This document shows positions 9,648-18,803 of a stretch of DNA of 64,000 nucleotides, piece by piece (positions within the stretch are counted from its first letter, which is position 1; each line of letters starts with the position of its first letter). The DNA is from a phage. The stretch lies in NCBI GenBank assembly GCA_014686905.1, contig GCA_014686905.1_4093.1; one strand, written 5' to 3'. The notes under the pieces are model-generated. The model did no database searches and was not told the origin of the DNA. It saw nothing but the letters and a program-made list of their open reading frames with translations. The translations under genes were made by a program, and so were the position numbers.

Positions 9648-10571
9648 ATGACAATGAATCCAAATGAAGAAAAATTTATTAATGCAGTGAATGAAAAGTA
9701 TGGTACTGGTGTGTATTTGTTTGATAAAATGGTATATATTAATGCTCATAAACAGGTTGAACTTTATTGTGTAGAAGGTTGTCATTATTTCAAAATCACT
9801 CCTATGCAAATAGTCCGACCTTCTGCAAAAGGATGTAACATTTGTCAAAAAAACACAGCATACACGACCGAAACGTTTATTGAAAAAGTTAAAACCATCC
9901 ATCCAACATTGTCATTTGAGAAAACTATCTACAAAAAACAAAGTGACAGTAATGGGCGAGTCATCGTTACATGTCATAATGATCCGAATGATGTGCATGA
10001 TTGGGAAGTATCAGCCGCAACATTATTAAAAGGAAAAACTAGTTGTGGAATATGTTCTGGTAAAGGTGGAAGAAGTACTGAACGTTTCATTGAACTTGTG
10101 TCGCCTATCCATAACCATAAGTATGATTATAGCTTGGTGGATTACAAGACTAGTGATGAACATGTGGATATTATTTGTCCTGAACATGGTGTCTTTAAAC
10201 AAATACCCAAATCTCATATGGCAGGAAGAGGATGTCCATCATGTGGTGAGTATGGTTATCAACCATCAAAACCTGGATATTTCTATGTTCAAAAACTAAC
10301 TAACAATGACAAGACGGTGTACAAGTATGGAATCACTGGTGATATGAAACGCCGTGTAAACGAACAAAGTCGCAATTCTGAGTTCGAGCATGAAGTACTT
10401 GTAGAACGCTACTTTGAAGATGGCAATCAACCATTACTGTTGGAAAAGTTCATAAAGAAATACATTGAAAGTGGTGTTGTAAGTACTGAAGAGTTACCGT
10501 CAGGATTTACTGAAACATTTGATGCTAAGTATCTTGAAAGTGTTTTAGAAATTGTAAATACTTTTAAGTAA
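9648..10571 (+). CDS. protein with three tandem zinc-ribbon repeats and a C-terminal T5orf172 (GIY-YIG-related) domain; homing-endonuclease-like
   Basis: Three roughly 65-aa repeats each ending C..HG.F....G.GC..C; C-terminus GYFYVQKL...VYKYGITGDMKRRVNEQ fits the T5orf172/MUG113 pattern. Confidence 0.6.
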   Translation: MTMNPNEEKFINAVNEKYGTGVYLFDKMVYINAHKQVELYCVEGCHYFKITPMQIVRPSAKGCNICQKNTAYTTETFIEKVKTIHPTLSFEKTIYKKQSDSNGRVIVTCHNDPNDVHDWEVSAATLLKGKTSCGICSGKGGRSTERFIELVSPIHNHKYDYSLVDYKTSDEHVDIICPEHGVFKQIPKSHMAGRGCPSCGEYGYQPSKPGYFYVQKLTNNDKTVYKYGITGDMKRRVNEQSRNSEFEHEVLVERYFEDGNQPLLLEKFIKKYIESGVVSTEELPSGFTETFDAKYLESVLEIVNTFK

Positions 10572-10594
10572 ACAATCTAAAGGAGTTGACACGG

Positions 10595-10945
10595 ATGTTA
10601 ACTGTATACAAATTTAACAAAGAAGAGTACTTAAAGAGTCAGTACTCAAATATAGAAATAAATGTTCCTTATGGTACGTTAGTTGGATATGATGAAGCCA
10701 CTGAAACATTGTATTATAATGATGATAGATTGGATTATAGTTTAGATTCTTTTATAGAAGATATACTAAACACACATACTGAAGATATGTTATATGAAGA
10801 ATACATAGATCATTATAGGGAACGTATGTCACAATTACACTCAGACGCTCCAGTACTAAACATTACACAAGAACCTTCTGAATTTCAGCCCCATAATCCT
10901 TTTCAACGTTTAATAGATATTGGTTTGAAATTCACTATTAGTTGA
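10595..10945 (+). CDS. hypothetical protein (116 aa; ORF opens at 10586 with TTG)
   Basis: AAGGAG 9 nt before the ATG at 10595. Confidence 0.45.
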   Translation: MLTVYKFNKEEYLKSQYSNIEINVPYGTLVGYDEATETLYYNDDRLDYSLDSFIEDILNTHTEDMLYEEYIDHYRERMSQLHSDAPVLNITQEPSEFQPHNPFQRLIDIGLKFTIS

Positions 10946-10984
10946 TAGATAAATATCTCCATATTAATGATGGAGATTGAATCT

Positions 10985-11293
10985 ATGTCACAGATATGTT
11001 ATGTTATAATAAATTCTGCATGGCCTGAGTATGTTAAAATTGGTTTTACTTCAAAATCAGAAATGACAGAACGTCTAAGAACGTATCAGACTGCTACACC
11101 ATTTCGTGACTTTGAAGTATATCATGAAGTTCATTTTGATGATGCACGTTTGGCTGAAAAAGAAATACATAAAAGGCTTAAGCAGATGAATGCAACTAGA
11201 CAACCCAATACCGAGTGGTTTAAAATGTCTAAAAAGATAGCAGCCAACATTATTGATTCCGTATGGGATGATATGGATAACGACTTGCTATAG
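10985..11293 (+). CDS. stand-alone T5orf172 (GIY-YIG-like) domain protein; ORF may start at 10967
   Basis: CYVIINSAWPEYVKIGFTSKSEMTERLRTY...EWF fits the T5orf172/MUG113 pattern; second copy of this domain within 1 kb. Confidence 0.55.
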   Translation: MSQICYVIINSAWPEYVKIGFTSKSEMTERLRTYQTATPFRDFEVYHEVHFDDARLAEKEIHKRLKQMNATRQPNTEWFKMSKKIAANIIDSVWDDMDNDLL

Positions 11294-11333
11294 GAATAAA
11301 TATAGTATATATTAATCATAAAGGGATTTATAC

Positions 11334-12944
11334 ATGAGCATAAGTTTTAATAACCCATTGGATACAATGACCAGTACTGGTGCTAATGGATCTTTAGAAC
11401 TAATAGTGCTTGGTGGTACACCAACTAACCCAAGACCTATTCGTTTTAACTCGTCATCAGTTATCATACCAGTACAAACTTTACCAACTGGTGAACAAGG
11501 TGCAATGGTCTTTGATAGAAACGAGTTAGTTTTGAAGTATCATAACGGTACTAGTTGGATTGCAGTATACGATACTGATACCATTTTAGAACCAATTAGA
11601 ATTTCACTTGATGAAGTAAATAGAAAACTAAATTTAAAAGTAGAAAGTGTAACTTATAGTAGTAGTACTGTTCCTAGTGCAAGTATTAGTGGAACAAACT
11701 TAAACATTGTATTCCCTACTGCTTCTAGTGGTGGTTCTGGTCCAACTGGTCTTTACACTTCACTTAAACCTGGTGCTATTACACAATATTCATTGACTTC
11801 TGGTCAATCTGTTGCTAGTATACGTGAACAAATGTCAGGACAATCGAATGGACAAAGTGGGAGAAACGGTTCACAAGGTGCTCCGTGGAAAACGTCTGAC
11901 GGTTGGTGTTTTGCTGATGGTATGTGGTGGCAATGGGAGGGGGAAAATGGTACAATTACCAAACAAGTACCAAACCTTAACCAAAACGCGTACTTAAAAG
12001 GGATATCCACATCAGGTGTAACTAAAACTGATAGTGTTATTGGTAGTAGCGGTAATATTAGCGGCACAGTATTAAGTGTTGCCCAATTACCATCACACTC
12101 ATTTAGTTTTAGTGGGACCACAGGGGCTGCTGGTCGTCATGGTCATAGTCAAGCACTAAAAGGTATGGACCGTAGTGGTCTAAATGCGTTAACTTCAAGT
12201 AATGATAACGGTATACCAACTGTAATCAATAACATTAACGAAGCACCAGACCACATTCACTCATTTAGTGGAAACACTAACACACTTGGTGGAAACCAAC
12301 CACACTATCATGGTATTAGTAACATTGATGTGGAACACTTTAACGTTGCATATCTATATAACATTGCTGAATCTAACGTCGCATTGAGTGAAAAAGTTGC
12401 AAACACTCGTTATGTACTAAAAACTGGTGATACAATGACTGGTTCATTGACTATTGCAAACAGTGCGTCAATTAAGTCAAATGATACATCATTAGTTCTA
12501 TATTTCCGTAACGCAAGCGGTGGTGAGCGTGCGGCAGTGTATCATAACTCTTCAAATAATACATTGAGATTACGTTCCGGTGGAGCAGAAGTTACTGTAA
12601 ACTCTTCTGGTACGTTAGCTGCTCCATCATTAACTGTTTCTAACAACTCAGCTACTGTTGGTGGTAAAAATATTGTTCGTTCAATTAACGGTACTGCTGC
12701 TGATGCTAGTGGCAACGTTACTTTGCAAATTAGTACTAATAACGTACAAAGTATTCGTTTGAGTGCACGTATTGAAACAAGTAAAATACCTGATTCTTCA
12801 TGGACATATACACCAGAAGGTGCATTTATGGATGGCGTATGGATTTCTGTTAATGGTAGTTCAGGCACTCACTTAGAACGAATTAGTTATCGCTATGTTC
12901 AAATGCAAATAAATGGTAACTGGGAAACAGTACGTCAACAATAA
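11334..12944 (+). CDS. tail fibre protein with collar-like domain and HxH motifs
   Basis: Ser/Thr/Gly/Asn-rich; LPSHSFSF collar-like motif; HGHS, HIHS and HYHG as in T4 fibre tips; followed by an assembly-chaperone-like gene. Confidence 0.75.
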   Translation: MSISFNNPLDTMTSTGANGSLELIVLGGTPTNPRPIRFNSSSVIIPVQTLPTGEQGAMVFDRNELVLKYHNGTSWIAVYDTDTILEPIRISLDEVNRKLNLKVESVTYSSSTVPSASISGTNLNIVFPTASSGGSGPTGLYTSLKPGAITQYSLTSGQSVASIREQMSGQSNGQSGRNGSQGAPWKTSDGWCFADGMWWQWEGENGTITKQVPNLNQNAYLKGISTSGVTKTDSVIGSSGNISGTVLSVAQLPSHSFSFSGTTGAAGRHGHSQALKGMDRSGLNALTSSNDNGIPTVINNINEAPDHIHSFSGNTNTLGGNQPHYHGISNIDVEHFNVAYLYNIAESNVALSEKVANTRYVLKTGDTMTGSLTIANSASIKSNDTSLVLYFRNASGGERAAVYHNSSNNTLRLRSGGAEVTVNSSGTLAAPSLTVSNNSATVGGKNIVRSINGTAADASGNVTLQISTNNVQSIRLSARIETSKIPDSSWTYTPEGAFMDGVWISVNGSSGTHLERISYRYVQMQINGNWETVRQQ

Positions 12945-12954
12945 GGAATGTGTA

Positions 12955-13470
12955 ATGCAACTAACAAATTTTAAGATGTATGAAAAAGAAGGTGGTAATC
13001 CTAATTCTTTGTATATGATGTCCGATGAAGGTATGGATTGGTATGAATCTCGTGAATTGTTTGACATTAATAAAGCAAAATTTATGTATGATACTAATGG
13101 TTTAATTGTTTCAGCATCATATAACATTTATGATCTAGTACCTTTAGGTTTTAGTGTTTCTGAAATTGAATATGATGGTGATATTAACAAACTTTATGGT
13201 ATGGTTTACGATGGAAATACTATTCATGACTATATTGAAACTAAAGAAGAAAAAATTGAACGCCTAAAAAATGAATTATCTAATTTGAAATACATTGCAA
13301 TTCAAGAACTTGGACACTTAAAAACTGCTATGGATCTTGAGTTAGCAACTGATGAAGAAGCTGTATTGTTTGTAAAATTGAAAGATTATGTAACGCAATT
13401 GAATTCAATCAAACCAGCAGACATGATCAAGAAAACATTTTCATTTCCAGTTAAACCGGAAAAAAAATGA
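12955..13470 (+). CDS. tail fibre assembly/chaperone-like protein (ORF opens at 12913)
   Basis: AAGGAA before the ATG at 12955; size and position right after the fibre gene; weak motif support only. Confidence 0.5.
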   Translation: MQLTNFKMYEKEGGNPNSLYMMSDEGMDWYESRELFDINKAKFMYDTNGLIVSASYNIYDLVPLGFSVSEIEYDGDINKLYGMVYDGNTIHDYIETKEEKIERLKNELSNLKYIAIQELGHLKTAMDLELATDEEAVLFVKLKDYVTQLNSIKPADMIKKTFSFPVKPEKK

Positions 13471-13500
13471 GACAACACGTAAAGACGTGATACAATTAAG

Positions 13501-13536
13501 TCATCTCACCGATTGTGGTGAGGTGACATTTTTTTG
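13501..13536 (+). terminator. rho-independent terminator after the tail-fibre module
   Basis: TCATCTCACC-loop-GGTGAGGTGA followed by T7. Confidence 0.7.
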
Positions 13537-13560
13537 AAAACACACATGGAGAAATACAAA

Positions 13561-13863
13561 ATGGCTAAATCTAAAAAAGAAGTTAAAGTTGAAATTCGTG
13601 ATCTAAACGATGAACAACGTAAACGTCTCGGCGATGCACTTAACAACATTGTTGTACAACTAACTTTCATTGATGATACCAAAGCATCCTTATCTGATTT
13701 TGTTTCTAGTGTTTCTGATGAACTTGGTATCGATGCATCTGATATCAAACAAGCTGCACAACGTATGTACAAAGGTGATTACTTTGACAAACAAAATAAA
13801 CTCGATAATATCGAAACTATTCTTAGTGTTACTAATAATCTTCCACAAGCAGATGATTACTAA
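13561..13863 (+). CDS. hypothetical basic protein (100 aa; ORF opens at 13534)
   Basis: GGAGA before the ATG at 13561. Confidence 0.45.
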   Translation: MAKSKKEVKVEIRDLNDEQRKRLGDALNNIVVQLTFIDDTKASLSDFVSSVSDELGIDASDIKQAAQRMYKGDYFDKQNKLDNIETILSVTNNLPQADDY

Positions 13864-13885
13864 TTAGTACTAAAATATATTAAAT

Positions 13886-13913
13886 AGCCTCCAATGACGG
13901 AGGCTTTCTTTTT
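13886..13913 (+). terminator. rho-independent terminator upstream of the DNA polymerase gene
   Basis: AGCCTCC-AATGAC-GGAGGCT followed by TTCTTTTT. Confidence 0.7.
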
Positions 13914-13942
13914 AACTTAATAAACGTAAGGGAATACAAACG

Positions 13943-16900
13943 ATGTATATCGATGCTTATATGGAACGTAAACGTACTGGTGATATTCTTCATGTAGTTG
14001 AACGTAAGAATGGTAAACGTATTCTACGCGAATTAGATCCAGTATATGAATATTATGTTGAATCCCCACAAGGAACACATAAAACTGTTTATGGTACAAT
14101 GGCTAAACATTTTGAGTTTCAAACTCAAGCTCAAATGAATAAAAGTGTAGAGCAACACAAAAGTGAAGGTCTACGTATTTTTGAAAGTGATTGTAACATT
14201 ACATTTAAAACATTAGCTAAAGAATATATGGGAAAAGGTTCACCCGATTTGAACATCGTGTTCTTCGATATCGAGACTGATTTCCATAAGAAATTTGGTT
14301 ATGCTCCACCATCAGACCCGTTTAACCGAGTAACCGCTATTTCTTTATATCAATCGTGGACTGGAAAGGATTATGTACTTACTTTACCACCTGCTGATAT
14401 GGAAATTTATGAAGCACAAGATATTGTTCGCCAACTAAATGAAGAAACAAACGATCCTAACAGTACTGTAATTTTATATACAGACGAAAAGGAAATGTTT
14501 ATGGAATTCTTTAGTTTAATTGATGATTCTGATGTTATTTCAGGATGGAATAGTGAATTCTTTGATATTCCATATATGATCAATCGAACTAAAAAAATCT
14601 TCAATGAAGCAACAACTGCTCGTTGGTGTTTATGGAATAAAAAACCAAATTCACGTGAAGCAGACAACTTTGGTAAAACTGTTCAAACATATGATCTGGT
14701 AGGTCGCGTCCATCTTGATTATTTGGCTTTGTATAAGAAACATGCTGGTCAAGTTGAACAATCTTATAAACTAGATTATATTGCTGAAAAAGTAACTAAA
14801 GAAAATAAAGTATCATATGAAGGTTCATTGGATAAACTTTACAGAGAGGATTACATTACTTTCTTGCGTTATTCTAAACAGGATAGTATTCTTCTTAAAA
14901 AGATTGATGCTAAATGTGACTATATCAACCTACACAATCGACTTGCACACAAAGAATGTGTACTTATCAGCACAACAATGGGTTCAGTAGCACTAATCGA
15001 CACTGCTATTATCAACTTAGCACATACTCGTGGTGAAGTTGTTTTTAACAAAGCACCTAAAGATGATCTTGAGTTTGATCCAGAAATGGAATATTATGGT
15101 GAAGATGGTGAAGATGAAGATGAGAAAATTAGTGCAAAAGCAGCAGGTGCATGGGTACAAGATCCAGTACTAGGACTTGTAAGTGACCTTGGGTGTACTG
15201 ACTTTAACTCTCTTTACCCTACTGTTCTACGTACTTTGGGTATGAGTACTGAATGTATTCTTGGTCAATTACGTCAAGATTACACCGATGCGTATCTTGC
15301 AGCTAAAATCCAAGAACAGAAGAACAAATCTAAATCTAAATCATTTGAACCAGATTGGACTGCGGCATGGCATGGTTTATTTGCTGCTGTTGAATTTACA
15401 ATGGTTCATGAAAAGTCAGAAGAAACATTGATTGTTGATTTAGAAGATGGGAGTTCTTTTAAAGCAACGGGCAAAGAGCTATATGATATTATTTTTGCAG
15501 AAGATAGTACTATTGTACTTAGTGCAAACGGAACACTTTTTGATAAGTCTAAGTCTGGTGTAATTCCTGACATTCTAACTCAATGGTATTCTGAACGTAA
15601 AGCACAGCAAAAAATGGTCATTGACTATAAACATATGTATACTGATGGTTGGGAGTTTAATGGCTATGAAAAAGTCGAACCACTACTATCAAACTATACC
15701 CCTGGTACAATGTTTAGAACTAATATTCATGATAATGATCCTGTATACTTACTTCGTAAAGAAATTGGTAAAGGACAATGGGATGAAGTTGCTAAGTTGA
15801 TTGTAGAAAATGGTTTAGTACTAAAAGATGGTCGTATTTTCTGTCCTAAAGAAGAAAAAGATTACTTCAAACAACGTAGTGCTTTCTGGAAACAGAACCA
15901 ACAGATTCGTAAGATTCTTCTAAACAGTCTATATGGTGCACTATTGAACAAAGGTTCTCGTTTCTTTGACAAACGTTTAGGTCAATCCGTAACATTAACT
16001 GGACGTTCTATGACCAAACATATGGCAAGTCGTATCAATGAGATTACTACTGGTGTATATAATCACCAAGGTGGTTCAGTAATTTATGGTGATACTGACT
16101 CAGTTTACTTTAGTGTAACTCATTATCTGAAAGAACAAGGTATTCCATATAATCTATCTAAAGAAGAGATTGTTGATATGTATATTAAAATTGGTGAAGA
16201 AGTTGGTGAATCTTTCCCATCATTTATGCATGAGATGTTCAACACTGGTATTGAAAAAGGTAAGATTGTTGGTGCAGACCTTGAGATGGTTGGTTCGCGT
16301 GGCCTATTCTTGAAGAAAAAACGTTATGCAATTCTGAAGTACTGGGAAGATGGGTTCCGTAAAGATATTGATGGTAAACCAGGTGAAATCAAAGCGATGG
16401 GTCTTGAAATTAAACGCTCAGACACGCCAAAATACATCCAGAACTTCCTAGAAGAGACTCTAATCGCATTACTGGTAGGTGAGAGTGAACAACAGCTAAA
16501 ACAGCGTGTACGTGAGTTTAAGGACGTATTTAAGGATATGCCTGTACATGAAAAAGGTTCACCAAAAACTGTAAAAAACTACACTAATTTAGAGGCTGAA
16601 TATCAGCTAACTGGTAAGTGTAAAGTTGGTCACGTTCTTGCTGGTATCCAATGGAACCGTCTACGTGAAGTTTATGATGATAAATCTGTACCAGAAGTAA
16701 CGGATGGAACAAAAGTAATTGTCTGTAACTTAAAAGATAATCCTATGGGAATTAAAGCTGTTGGTTATCCAATTGACTGTGTTGAGTATCTTCCAGAATG
16801 GTTCTTGGAACTACCATTTGATACTGAAAAAATGGAAGAGATTGTTCTAACTAAAAAATTAGAGAATATTTTTGGTATTTTGGATATGGATATTGGTATT

Positions 16901-16948
16901 CATGAAAAAAGTACTGCGTCAGTAAACAATGGATTCTTCACTTGGTAA
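13943..16948 (+). CDS. 43: family-B DNA polymerase (T4 gp43-like)
   Basis: Exo I FFDIETD; DFNSLYP (region II); KILLNSLYG (region III); YGDTDS (motif C); 1001 aa. Confidence 0.92.
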   Translation: MYIDAYMERKRTGDILHVVERKNGKRILRELDPVYEYYVESPQGTHKTVYGTMAKHFEFQTQAQMNKSVEQHKSEGLRIFESDCNITFKTLAKEYMGKGSPDLNIVFFDIETDFHKKFGYAPPSDPFNRVTAISLYQSWTGKDYVLTLPPADMEIYEAQDIVRQLNEETNDPNSTVILYTDEKEMFMEFFSLIDDSDVISGWNSEFFDIPYMINRTKKIFNEATTARWCLWNKKPNSREADNFGKTVQTYDLVGRVHLDYLALYKKHAGQVEQSYKLDYIAEKVTKENKVSYEGSLDKLYREDYITFLRYSKQDSILLKKIDAKCDYINLHNRLAHKECVLISTTMGSVALIDTAIINLAHTRGEVVFNKAPKDDLEFDPEMEYYGEDGEDEDEKISAKAAGAWVQDPVLGLVSDLGCTDFNSLYPTVLRTLGMSTECILGQLRQDYTDAYLAAKIQEQKNKSKSKSFEPDWTAAWHGLFAAVEFTMVHEKSEETLIVDLEDGSSFKATGKELYDIIFAEDSTIVLSANGTLFDKSKSGVIPDILTQWYSERKAQQKMVIDYKHMYTDGWEFNGYEKVEPLLSNYTPGTMFRTNIHDNDPVYLLRKEIGKGQWDEVAKLIVENGLVLKDGRIFCPKEEKDYFKQRSAFWKQNQQIRKILLNSLYGALLNKGSRFFDKRLGQSVTLTGRSMTKHMASRINEITTGVYNHQGGSVIYGDTDSVYFSVTHYLKEQGIPYNLSKEEIVDMYIKIGEEVGESFPSFMHEMFNTGIEKGKIVGADLEMVGSRGLFLKKKRYAILKYWEDGFRKDIDGKPGEIKAMGLEIKRSDTPKYIQNFLEETLIALLVGESEQQLKQRVREFKDVFKDMPVHEKGSPKTVKNYTNLEAEYQLTGKCKVGHVLAGIQWNRLREVYDDKSVPEVTDGTKVIVCNLKDNPMGIKAVGYPIDCVEYLPEWFLELPFDTEKMEEIVLTKKLENIFGILDMDIGIHEKSTASVNNGFFTW

Positions 16949-17098
16949 GGAGTAATAATATGGTTATTGTAAATGAAATTGAACTAAACTATGACGAAGT
17001 AAACGATACTTTCACTAATGAGATGTTGAATCTTACTGAAGAAAGTGTAAATGAGGCATGGGAAAAATATGTAGAATGGACTTCATTACAAGGTAAAA

Positions 17099-17398
17099 AT
17101 GATGAGTAATATATATAAGCGTATTGGTGAAGTATTAGAAGGTAATGGTATCATTAATTCTGTACTAGCATATGATAATGATGAAGAAGTAGTTCTAATT
17201 GGTGCGGGTTTTACTCGCACTGGTTCAGTGGAAGTTGACGGAGAGATTGCTGATGTTTACACTCTTGTGAAAAAGCGTAAAGTTGTTTTTGTCGATGATG
17301 TACATACATTAAAAGACTTGAAAAAATTACGCGATAAAATTGGCATGAGTTCTACAATTGATAAGCCTTATCTTCAACGTTGGAATACAAAATACTGA
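17099..17398 (+). CDS. hypothetical protein (99 aa)
   Basis: ORF only. Confidence 0.4.
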   Translation: MMSNIYKRIGEVLEGNGIINSVLAYDNDEEVVLIGAGFTRTGSVEVDGEIADVYTLVKKRKVVFVDDVHTLKDLKKLRDKIGMSSTIDKPYLQRWNTKY

Positions 17399-17407
17399 TA
17401 AAAAATT

Positions 17408-17435
17408 GAGACAAGCATCATTTTTGAGATATAAT
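17408..17435 (+). promoter_or_regulatory. early-type promoter GAGACA-N16-TATAAT
   Basis: Member of the recurring G(A/G)GACA-N16-TATAAT class; upstream of the clamp gene. Confidence 0.55.
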
Positions 17436-17499
17436 GGTGCTTGTAGTAATCTTACATAAAAACATTTTTTGATTAACAAATAAAACGGAGAATTATATA

Positions 17500-18231
17500 A
17501 TGGATCTACGCAACGTACTACGTGACCTCGTAAACACAACCAGTGGTATTGACTTCTCTTGTATTGCAGTAAGCAGTGAAGACCGTGGTGAAGGACAACG
17601 TGTATATCTAGAAGCGTACACAGATGACCGAACTCTTGTAATGCGAGCATATACTAAAGAAGATGTTCCTGAAGTTCAGGGTCGTTTTGGCTTAGGTAAT
17701 CTAGGTCTTCTTCAGGGTCTAATGTCTCTAAAAACATACAGTACCGAAGGAACCACAATCACATCAAATGTTAAAGATGGTTCAGTTAAAAGTCTGGCAT
17801 TTAAATCTGAAGATGCAAGCACTACATTTATGGTACAAGCTGAAAAACTTATTCCAGTTCAACCACGTTTTCATGAACAACCATATGACGTACAGGTTAT
17901 TCCTAGTGCAGCAAAAGTTCAGGAACTAAAGAGTTTTTCTGGTGTATTTAAATCTTTTAGTTCTCTTGTAACTCCGTATACTGAAGGTGACACCCTATAC
18001 TTTCACGTTGGTGAGAAAAACAAAAGTAACCACGTTGGTTCTCTAGCTTTTTCTAAAACTGAAGGTGAATTAGGTCTTGGTTTTGGTTATAATATTGATC
18101 GCGTACTTCAAGCATTATCTCGCGTATCTAATGCCGAATCAGTATCACTTGGTATTACTAAAACTGGTATGCTAAATGTAACACTAGATACTGGAATTGC
18201 AGTATACAAATTTTACGTAACAGGCTGCTAA
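17500..18231 (+). CDS. 45: sliding clamp (gp45-like)
   Basis: N-terminus LRDLVNTTSGIDF resembles T4 gp45 LKNFATINSGIML as recalled; size 243 aa vs 228; replication context. Confidence 0.6.
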   Translation: MDLRNVLRDLVNTTSGIDFSCIAVSSEDRGEGQRVYLEAYTDDRTLVMRAYTKEDVPEVQGRFGLGNLGLLQGLMSLKTYSTEGTTITSNVKDGSVKSLAFKSEDASTTFMVQAEKLIPVQPRFHEQPYDVQVIPSAAKVQELKSFSGVFKSFSSLVTPYTEGDTLYFHVGEKNKSNHVGSLAFSKTEGELGLGFGYNIDRVLQALSRVSNAESVSLGITKTGMLNVTLDTGIAVYKFYVTGC

Positions 18232-18239
18232 TATAAATA
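18232..18239 (+). promoter_or_regulatory. TATAAATA late-type promoter core upstream of the zinc-ribbon and GroES-like genes
   Basis: Exact TATAAATA overlapping the clamp stop codon. Confidence 0.35.
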
Positions 18240-18241
18240 AC

Positions 18242-18260
18242 GGGGAACACTATGTTCCCC
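18242..18260 (+). other. hairpin GGGGAACAC-TAT-GTTCCCC (stem nearly identical to the terminator at 61084)
   Basis: Inverted repeat without a U-run on the + strand. Confidence 0.4.
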
Positions 18261-18295
18261 AAATTAGTTTGATTTAAAAAGTAAAGGAATACAAA

Positions 18296-18502
18296 ATGCC
18301 ATTATATACATATCGTTGTGAAAAAGAAGAATGCAAACATAGCATGGAAAAAATTGTTAAAATTGCAAATCGTGATGAACCTCATGATTGTCCTAAATGT
18401 AATGGTGAAAAAACTATGAAGTTGGAAGTGTTCACTCCAGGTGATAAGGGTGCTAATCTTTATTTCCGTGGAAAATGGTTTGCAAATACTGGAGGTTACT
18501 GA
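18296..18502 (+). CDS. FmdB-like zinc-ribbon protein (68 aa)
   Basis: MPLYTYRCEKEEC...HDCPKCNG matches the FmdB-family Zn-ribbon pattern (MPxYxYxC..C....CPxCG). Confidence 0.55.
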   Translation: MPLYTYRCEKEECKHSMEKIVKIANRDEPHDCPKCNGEKTMKLEVFTPGDKGANLYFRGKWFANTGGY

Positions 18503-18503
18503 T

Positions 18504-18803
18504 ATGAAAATTAAAATGATTAATGATTACGTTCTTGTTCGACAAATTGAAGCACAGAATAAAAGTACTGGTGGTATTATTCTAGGTAATGTTGAACCAC
18601 CATGTATTGGGATGGTAATTTCCGTTGGTCCAGGTAAAATTCTTCCGAACGGACAACTTGCAGAACATAATATTAAAGAAGGTGATATGGTTGTGTTTGG
18701 TCGTTCATCTTTGAACACGCCACTGACTGAAGATCTTGGTGGCGGCGAAGATACATATTATGTAATGAAAATCGAAGAGATTTTTGGTAAGAAAAATGGC
18801 TAA
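18504..18803 (+). CDS. GroES/Cpn10 co-chaperonin homolog (ORF opens at 18441)
   Basis: DYVLVRQIEAQNKSTGGIIL and GMVISVGPGKILPNGQ...IKEGDMVVF align with E. coli GroES ([36 protein letters not shown]...VKVGDIVIF); GGAGG RBS before the ATG at 18504. Confidence 0.85.
   Translation: MKIKMINDYVLVRQIEAQNKSTGGIILGNVEPPCIGMVISVGPGKILPNGQLAEHNIKEGDMVVFGRSSLNTPLTEDLGGGEDTYYVMKIEEIFGKKNG

Noticed and set aside
17327-17650. Minus-strand ORF overlapping the gp45 promoter and start region
   Set aside because: Overlaps a well-supported promoter and + strand start; no RBS; likely spurious.
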